IMG/VR virus record: IMGVR_UViG_3300035682_000031
Location: 1,223 to 65,222 of that record
Direction: 5' to 3' (one strand)
Origin: a virus
Taxonomy: Duplodnaviria > Caudoviricetes
DNA length: 64,000 nt
A program made the position numbers and the translations under genes. How positions within the stretch are numbered: the stretch's first letter is position 1; each line of letters starts with the position of its first letter. Under the pieces are notes generated by a model. That model had not been told where the DNA came from. It saw only the letters and a list, made by a program, of their open reading frames with translations, and did not search any database. Below, piece after piece: positions 58,782 to 64,000 of the stretch.

Positions 58782-59162
58782 CTATTCTCCGATAAGTCGG
58801 CGAAGTGCTGGGTTGTTTGATGTTTTGCATATATAAAATCGAACCTTATCCAGGATGGCAGGCAGGTCGCGTCGTAGCGTATCGTTAATACACTCGGCTA
58901 ACCCCTTCGATATGAATTCCCAAATCTGCCAGTCTTCGTGGTTCTTGCGCCGACCCTCGTCAATGAACGTTGTCCAGTCAACTCGGCAGTCTTTGTCGTA
59001 GATGGAGTCCACCGCAAAATCTAAAGGCAATCCTTGTTCGGTTTTTAGGCAGAACAACAATGCGCCGTCAATTACAAATCCTTTAGGTTCAAAATACATC
59101 GGAATCATGTCACTCGACCCGATCCAACCGTACAGTCCGATTGCCTGTTCGTTTACGTCCAT
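58782..59162 (-). CDS. protein resembling an isolated AlaRS helical subdomain
   Basis: IDG...F.L....GLPLDF..D.......VD...F matches the AlaRS G..AF.LYDTYGFP.D...VD..GF segment. Confidence 0.45.
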   Translation of the reverse strand: MDVNEQAIGLYGWIGSSDMIPMYFEPKGFVIDGALLFCLKTEQGLPLDFAVDSIYDKDCRVDWTTFIDEGRRKNHEDWQIWEFISKGLAECINDTLRRDLPAILDKVRFYICKTSNNPALRRLIGE

Positions 59163-59163
59163 A

Positions 59164-59442
59164 TCATTCTCCGTTAAATTTTTTGCGCAAATCGTCATCT
59201 GACAAGTGCGCCAGATTAGGCATCGCCGTGCGAAGCGCACGTAGCATCTCGTCCTGTGGCGATGTCTTGTCACCGACTTTAAGTCCGACCTGACGGTCGA
59301 ATGTATCAACTGAGGTAAGCAACTGGTCAATCACACCGAGCTCACGGACGAGGGTTGCGCGGAGTGATTCGAGTAGTGCCAGTGCTGTATCGCCACGCAT
59401 TTTCAGTGCGTTGTTTTTGTCACGATCTAAGTTTTCAGTCAT
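59164..59442 (-). CDS. hypothetical protein
   Basis: Likely start MTENL. Confidence 0.55.
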   Translation of the reverse strand: MTENLDRDKNNALKMRGDTALALLESLRATLVRELGVIDQLLTSVDTFDRQVGLKVGDKTSPQDEMLRALRTAMPNLAHLSDDDLRKKFNGE

Positions 59443-59716
59443 GTCGTTTTTCCAATTCTGATAACACAAGCGATTCACGTCTATCAATCTCGTTTAAATA
59501 CCCTCGCAATTTAGCGGCCGTTGGGTACATCAAATGATCGTCCCCGAGGTCGTCCATGTATGCTGGGTAATATCCTTTGGAATAGGTGTCTCGCAACTCT
59601 TTAAATCTAAACAACTCGCGCCGCAACCTGTCTGTTTCCCATTTGCTTATTTCCAGTCTGTACCCACGCGCACGAGACGATTTGTATTTTTCCACGAAGT
59701 CCGGTGTGGTATTCAT
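59435..59716 (-). CDS. hypothetical protein
   Basis: 93-aa ORF. Confidence 0.55.
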   Translation of the reverse strand: MNTTPDFVEKYKSSRARGYRLEISKWETDRLRRELFRFKELRDTYSKGYYPAYMDDLGDDHLMYPTAAKLRGYLNEIDRRESLVLSELEKRHD

Positions 59717-59768
59717 ACCTGAACCCCCGCTCGCGCCAAGATTTCAACCAAATGTTCTGCCTGTGTCA

Positions 59769-60020
59769 TCAGTTGTTATTCCTTCCCCGGTTTTTCTTAA
59801 CTGGTAGCAACCGAATATTTTTCGGATCGTCCAGCGCACCGCCGTCTTTAACTGCTTTGATATGATCCACGTCTTTGCCCTTGAGCGCAGCCGCACCATG
59901 TTTCTTTTCCAACGCATACCGTACTCGCCCGAGGGCTGCACGCTTTGCTTTCTGTTCGGGGCGCGCGTTGTATGCCGAGTGTTTCGTACCTGCACCGCCT
60001 CGTTTTTTAGTAGTGGTCAT
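59769..60020 (-). CDS. small HNH endonuclease
   Basis: DVDHIK...GG...N.R.....NR.RN motif. Confidence 0.75.
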   Translation of the reverse strand: MTTTKKRGGAGTKHSAYNARPEQKAKRAALGRVRYALEKKHGAAALKGKDVDHIKAVKDGGALDDPKNIRLLPVKKNRGRNNN

Positions 60021-60352
60021 TGTAAGCGCTCCTTCTCGCCTGTGTAAATTCCTGGGCGTTCGACGACTTCGATTGTCGGATCGTTGGCTACAGGACCTGG
60101 GTTCATTTGTGCTCCGATAACATCCACAAAGTTGCGATACCCCGCCGAGATGTCCTCCATTACGTTCATAACCGTTTCGGTAGTGCCATCTTGTGCAGCG
60201 ACGACAAACTGATACAAAAATGCACCGATGATGTATTGTCGGTGTTCTTCCGGTGTACCCTCACGCCCAATGTGTTCGTCATGCTCCGCCACGGCCTCCA
60301 GACTAAAGTCAGAGAACGTCCGTTCAATCGGTGTTAATGTTTCATTTTCCAT
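60017..60352 (-). CDS. hypothetical protein
   Basis: 111 aa, AAAGGA SD. Confidence 0.65.
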   Translation of the reverse strand: MENETLTPIERTFSDFSLEAVAEHDEHIGREGTPEEHRQYIIGAFLYQFVVAAQDGTTETVMNVMEDISAGYRNFVDVIGAQMNPGPVANDPTIEVVERPGIYTGEKERLQ

Positions 60353-60365
60353 CTTGTTTTTCCTT

Positions 60366-61034
60366 TCATTTCTTCTTATCCTCTCGCCACTCCGGGCAAA
60401 AAGTTACGGGACACCAAGGACACAACGCGGATGGCTTCAACTGCCACACATCTTCGGCCTTGGCACGTTCAACACGAGCAATCTTGGCGAGCCAGAACTT
60501 AAACATCGAGTCCAGATCTTTGCGGTGATACACCGTGTCCACCACCTTGTTCGCCTCAACAAACAGCAACATCGCGCGGATTTCTAACAAGTGTGGGAAC
60601 AAAGCAAACGCCATCGTCGCCATCAAGTGACATTGATCAGTGTCGGGATACCGTCCTTTGCCTGTCTTGTAATCCGCATAATATCCCGTCGTGAAGTCAG
60701 GATGCACTACCAACAAATCAGCGATACCGATCATAAGGGCGTTTACTCTATCACCATAATCTACCGCATTACCGTTGCCGTCCAGCGCCATTTCAAGTTC
60801 ACAGAACTTCGTGCCGGGGATGTTGCTCAACTCGACTAGTAGATCACGATGTTTGAATAACTCCGGTGGCAACGGTTCATTCGATTCGATAAAATCCTCA
60901 AACGCTTTATGAACTTTGGTACCCCACTCGGTCGCCACGCTACCGGTAAATCGGACGGATTTCAAGATACGCTTCTCGTGGTACATGCTCGGACATTGGT
61001 CAAAGTCTTTGAGAGCTGAATATGAATACCTCAT
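60366..61034 (-). CDS. PD-(D/E)XK exonuclease (Cas4/RecB-like)
   Basis: SYS.L..F..CP, G..VH, GIAD, DYKTG and C.WCP...C motifs; start MRYSY at 61034. Confidence 0.85.
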   Translation of the reverse strand: MRYSYSALKDFDQCPSMYHEKRILKSVRFTGSVATEWGTKVHKAFEDFIESNEPLPPELFKHRDLLVELSNIPGTKFCELEMALDGNGNAVDYGDRVNALMIGIADLLVVHPDFTTGYYADYKTGKGRYPDTDQCHLMATMAFALFPHLLEIRAMLLFVEANKVVDTVYHRKDLDSMFKFWLAKIARVERAKAEDVWQLKPSALCPWCPVTFCPEWREDKKK

Positions 61035-61111
61035 TTGGATAATCCCGCTAAATAGCATATCGTTGCCATCATTGTTACAACAAAAATAACGTCGCCCCAA
61101 TCCGTGTTCAT
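61031..61111 (-). CDS. 26-aa hydrophobic peptide (not in ORF track)
   Basis: MNTDWGDVIFVVTMMATICYLAGLSK; ATGA overlaps on both sides. Confidence 0.5.
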   Translation of the reverse strand: MNTDWGDVIFVVTMMATICYLAGLSK

Positions 61112-61212
61112 TTCTTCCCCTTTGCAATTGCCTCGGCGTATAACCACGCGCATAAAAGAACCAACCACCAAAGCCCCCAAAAGTGGGCGTCCAAAAAATC
61201 ACCTAGTGTCAC
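61108..61212 (-). CDS. 34-aa hydrophobic peptide (not in ORF track)
   Basis: GTG start overlaps the polymerase TAG; MTLGDFLDAHFWGLWWLVLLCAWLYAEAIAKGKK. Confidence 0.5.
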   Translation of the reverse strand: MTLGDFLDAHFWGLWWLVLLCAWLYAEAIAKGKK

Positions 61213-63146
61213 TAACAATCACCATACCTTTCCGCGAATTTTGCATCGCATTTTAGAGGTAAACCCTGAATCCAATCAGGACACGTTGTCATACAACCGA
61301 CCATAAGGTCTTTGGTTTCTTGACCAAGTTCTGTCGGTACAACCACGGCAAATTCATCGTGTGTATTCAACTTTGGCTCGACACCGAGATCCATCATCCA
61401 AATGCCTTGGTGTTTCATAATATCGAACGCAATCGCTTGGGTGCAGTTATGAACAATCACCGGACCACTGTCGCCTTTGACAACAAATCTAGTTTTTGGT
61501 CCGCAGTTAAGGATGTCGTAGACCCGAAAACGTCCTGTCCGCGTTCCAACCGATAACGAATTGTGCTGTTCGGAACACCCGACAGTTGACTTAACAACAC
61601 CACGTCCAAACCAATGCTGTTTCGTCTGTTCAAACAATTTCGCTTTCTCGTTACCCAATGGCAGTTCTTTGGTGAATACCCCGCGTTGTTGTCGACACGA
61701 TCCAAGTCCGTACCTGGCCGATACGATGGCCCCATGTCCGCCCAAAACGCTTCGAACGAACCCTGCCATGCTTCGCATACTGTAATTCCCCGCCCACCGT
61801 AATTTCCCCACGACTGATGGGGCGGCAGTTGGCAACGATCGCGCATACTCCGCCAAACCCAATAGACCGGATGTTTTGACATGCCGTGTGTCTTTGGTAG
61901 CGACTGTAACATTTTCGTCATGCACCCACAATTGGGCGTCCCGCCACGTTTTGTTTCCTTCGCAACGTCGGCGCCCAACTTCACACACTCGTGGCCACAG
62001 TCGCATAGGTATGTCCATGCCCACTTCAAACCTGTCGTGTGATGCCTCGATACACATGTCAACATTCCGAATTTCTGGCCGGTAAGGTCTCGGCTGTTGT
62101 GATGCACTTTGCCACTTTTGATACTCATTCAATACCTCGTGATCTGGAGTCATAAAAACACCGTCTACTGTAACACAATCCTGTTCTGATTTGGTAAGTA
62201 TTCCACCATGAGTTACAAAACTATCCCCGTCGTGAACCTTATCAGATAAACGTACGTCTTGTATTTTCTTCCACCCGTGGTCCGTCAAAACCAGAGTATC
62301 CTCGGCTATGCAGTTTTCAATGAACTTACCACCGTAGATGTACGTTTTGACTTTAGAACGACCGCGAATCGAATCAAACACAATCGAGCGTTTACCCTCT
62401 TCATCCAACTGCACACGCAGCCCTGGGTAAGTCATCCAAGTGCCACTCGGCAAACGAATTGATGGCACAACTTCCCCAAACAAAACTCGGCTGCCGTCGT
62501 AGTAAATGGCGTCTTCCTTCGGGCCGAGGAAATAACCTTGACCACCAATAGCCATGTGCTCCAAAACTTCTTGTGCTCGTTTCCATGACCGCACGATATG
62601 TGCGTTCTTGCGACGGTACGTCACAATCGCGAGTTCGGACTGCTCATCCATCAGATTCACGCCGTAAGTAGTTTTGGCAAATGTACCGAACTTCTTCTTA
62701 CCCAAGCCGTAGCCTGCACCGAGTACTGTTGCCTTACCTGCCGGACGCTGGATACTGCAATATGGCTCAACGCCTTCCTTGTCCAAACGTCGAATCTCAA
62801 CAGGGTCACCGCCGAAAATCTCAGCGGCCATAATTGAATACGGATCGGCGTCGTTCGCAAACTCTTCGAGCAAGTCCGTCTGATTCGCCAACCACGCTAG
62901 CACGCGAGCCTCAATCTGACCCGAGTCACCCGCTACAGTAACCATACCGTCAGGCGCTTTGATGGCGCGTCTGAGTGCGTTTGTCTGTCCTTCCTTACGC
63001 CCGCTCGGGAGGTTTTGGAGATTTATACCGTCCGAGTTATGGATCAGTTTTCCGTTCGCCACGAACCGATGTCTTGGTCCCGCGTTTCGAATGTCGTACA
63101 CGGGGACGACTGCTATTGGTTTTAGCTCGTTGTTTAATCTCGTCAT
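61212..63146 (-). CDS. family A DNA polymerase, C-terminal half (split-intein C-fragment, polymerase domain and one internal intein)
   Basis: NLQNLP, motif A DSGQIEAR, motif B R..GK...LG..YG, motif C THDE; own AAGGA SD. Confidence 0.92.
   Translation of the reverse strand: MTRLNNELKPIAVVPVYDIRNAGPRHRFVANGKLIHNSDGINLQNLPSGRKEGQTNALRRAIKAPDGMVTVAGDSGQIEARVLAWLANQTDLLEEFANDADPYSIMAAEIFGGDPVEIRRLDKEGVEPYCSIQRPAGKATVLGAGYGLGKKKFGTFAKTTYGVNLMDEQSELAIVTYRRKNAHIVRSWKRAQEVLEHMAIGGQGYFLGPKEDAIYYDGSRVLFGEVVPSIRLPSGTWMTYPGLRVQLDEEGKRSIVFDSIRGRSKVKTYIYGGKFIENCIAEDTLVLTDHGWKKIQDVRLSDKVHDGDSFVTHGGILTKSEQDCVTVDGVFMTPDHEVLNEYQKWQSASQQPRPYRPEIRNVDMCIEASHDRFEVGMDIPMRLWPRVCEVGRRRCEGNKTWRDAQLWVHDENVTVATKDTRHVKTSGLLGLAEYARSLPTAAPSVVGKLRWAGNYSMRSMAGFVRSVLGGHGAIVSARYGLGSCRQQRGVFTKELPLGNEKAKLFEQTKQHWFGRGVVKSTVGCSEQHNSLSVGTRTGRFRVYDILNCGPKTRFVVKGDSGPVIVHNCTQAIAFDIMKHQGIWMMDLGVEPKLNTHDEFAVVVPTELGQETKDLMVGCMTTCPDWIQGLPLKCDAKFAERYGDC
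61446..62312 (-). mobile_element. contiguous intein (289 aa) in DNA polymerase
   Basis: EN|CIAEDTLVLT (block A), MTPDH (block B), VYDI (block F), IVHN|C (block G); removal restores ENCTQA. Confidence 0.92.
61457..62128 (-). CDS. HNH-type homing endonuclease nested out of frame in the intein
   Basis: DLTGQKFG.LT, CDCG, THG.S, W.SM..RC, YGGRGI.VC and LDRVDNN.GY...NC.W; GAGGT SD 5 nt before the ATG. Confidence 0.9.
   Translation of the reverse strand: MSIKSGKVHHNSRDLTGQKFGMLTCVSRHHTTGLKWAWTYLCDCGHECVKLGADVAKETKRGGTPNCGCMTKMLQSLPKTHGMSKHPVYWVWRSMRDRCQLPPHQSWGNYGGRGITVCEAWQGSFEAFWADMGPSYRPGTDLDRVDNNAGYSPKNCHWVTRKRNCLNRRNSIGLDVVLLSQLSGVPNSTIRYRLERGQDVFGSTTSLTADQKLDLLSKATVVR
63036..63146 (-). mobile_element. 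split intein C-fragment (37 aa)
   Basis: M...VYDIRNAGPRHRFVANGKLIHN|S; in-frame TAA two codons upstream of its ATG. Confidence 0.88.
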
Positions 63147-63834
63147 CTGTTAGTCCTTGTTTTATAAACGTACGTATAGATTCGTAACAGAAATTGATAC
63201 CTTGTTTCTGTAATATCAAAATCCGTTGCCCTATCGGACCCGTTGACCACGCGCGCCGGTTGGTGTTCTGCTCACTGCGCGTCGCCCATCTAAGGTTGCC
63301 GGGTTCGTAGTGACCATCGTTGTCAATACGATCCAATGAGTGTTTGCTTGTTGTCGGATTCCCAAGATGGGATATAATCCAATAAGCCGCATCTGACGCG
63401 GAGGCAAACTTAAATCGGATGCCTCGACGACCATAGTTAGGGTACGCAGCGCTGTTTGGGTTATCGCATCTGTCTTTTGCCTGTTGCATTCGCCGTCTAA
63501 GTTTGGTAAACGATTCAGAAACCGACACGGCGGCTCGTGCACTATCACACATCTTTTGATGGTGGCTTATCCATGCGGATGAATCAACAACCCCCGCCAT
63601 CTTGCGACGCATGGCGCAGGACTTACATTCTCGATTCGCATTGCCAATATCGCCTTTCAAGTCTGACCATCGTGACATCCCTACAGTTCCGCACGCACAA
63701 ACCCACCCAAACCTATATACACTGCCGGTTTTTTGCTCTGAGTCGTCCAGCGTTATATTCCCAATTCGGCGGTGCTGCCGCCTCCATAATTGGCGTTCCT
63801 GCGCGAGATGCTTCAAGAAGTCCGATCGCGTCAT
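63037..63834 (-). CDS. HNH-type homing endonuclease overlapping both split-intein halves
   Basis: CACG, RC.NP....Y.NYG.RGI and SLDRIDNDGHYEPGNLRWAT; likely start MTRSD at 63834 after GGGGAAGGAG (ORF open to 63912). Confidence 0.88.
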   Translation of the reverse strand: MTRSDFLKHLAQERQLWRRQHRRIGNITLDDSEQKTGSVYRFGWVCACGTVGMSRWSDLKGDIGNANRECKSCAMRRKMAGVVDSSAWISHHQKMCDSARAAVSVSESFTKLRRRMQQAKDRCDNPNSAAYPNYGRRGIRFKFASASDAAYWIISHLGNPTTSKHSLDRIDNDGHYEPGNLRWATRSEQNTNRRAWSTGPIGQRILILQKQGINFCYESIRTFIKQGLTDDEIKQRAKTNSSRPRVRHSKRGTKTSVRGERKTDP

Positions 63835-64000
63835 CCGCTCCTTCCCCCGTGAAAACCTTGTGTTCGGCGGTTGCAGTAATCCCGTCCCATTCATAAACTT
63901 CTTGGTATCCACTAAACACTACTCCTTCGTGCTCAACAAACTCAACTCCGTCCCAAATTAAATCAGACAGGAGAACGTCCACGATCGACTTCTCAACTAC
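63713..64000 (-). mobile_element. split intein N-fragment (end of the polymerase N-half; continues beyond the window)
   Basis: Frame open from the window edge; IVDVLLSDLIWDGVEFVEHEG...ITATAEH aligns with IQDVRLSDKVHDGDSFVTHGG...FMTPDH of the second intein; stop at 63713. Confidence 0.8.

Noticed and set aside
61035-61202. N-terminal extension of the exonuclease in the ORF track
   Set aside because: Family motifs begin at MRYSY (61034), and two coupled small ORFs explain the upstream sequence better.
63146-63713. Single sequencing frameshift explaining the broken first intein
   Set aside because: Stops occur in both intein frames (63713, 63231, 63150), the HNH frame is intact across the gap, and IntC has its own SD. 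Raw reads should still be checked.
63037-63912. Group I intron carrying the HNH gene
   Set aside because: The flanks are intein blocks that overlap the HNH ORF, leaving no non-coding room for an intron core.

Overview
This window is 64 kb of a tailed dsDNA phage genome, most likely a podovirus infecting a Proteobacterium. No integrase or CRISPR array is visible. Layout: (1) 1-13.7 kb, leftward early/accessory genes with consensus sigma70 promoters, a repeated 16-bp palindrome and an AT-rich, repeat-rich non-coding region near 10.2-11.0 kb that could be the replication origin; (2) 13.8-16.3 kb, small genes and decayed tRNA genes; (3) 16.3-42.9 kb, rightward virion module (TerS, TerL, portal, scaffold, capsid, adaptors, fibres, nozzle, ejection proteins, lysozyme, a 2188-aa protein), unusually Cys-rich; (4) 43.0-47.3 kb, a glycosyltransferase/DUF2827-like cassette lying inside gutted fibre-like genes; (5) 47.4-48.9 kb, lysis genes; (6) 48.9-64 kb, leftward replication module (primase-helicase, SNF2-type helicase, RdgC-like protein, PD-(D/E)XK exonuclease, family A DNA polymerase). 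The main result is that the polymerase carries two related inteins, each overprinted by an HNH homing endonuclease in another reading frame with its own Shine-Dalgarno (SD). One intein is still contiguous and fully dual-coding, and the other has become a split intein. A second candidate system is virion-fibre glycosylation: adhesin-like SLST repeats in a fibre plus the captured glycosyltransferase cassette. All family assignments come from motifs recognised by eye; no database search was run.
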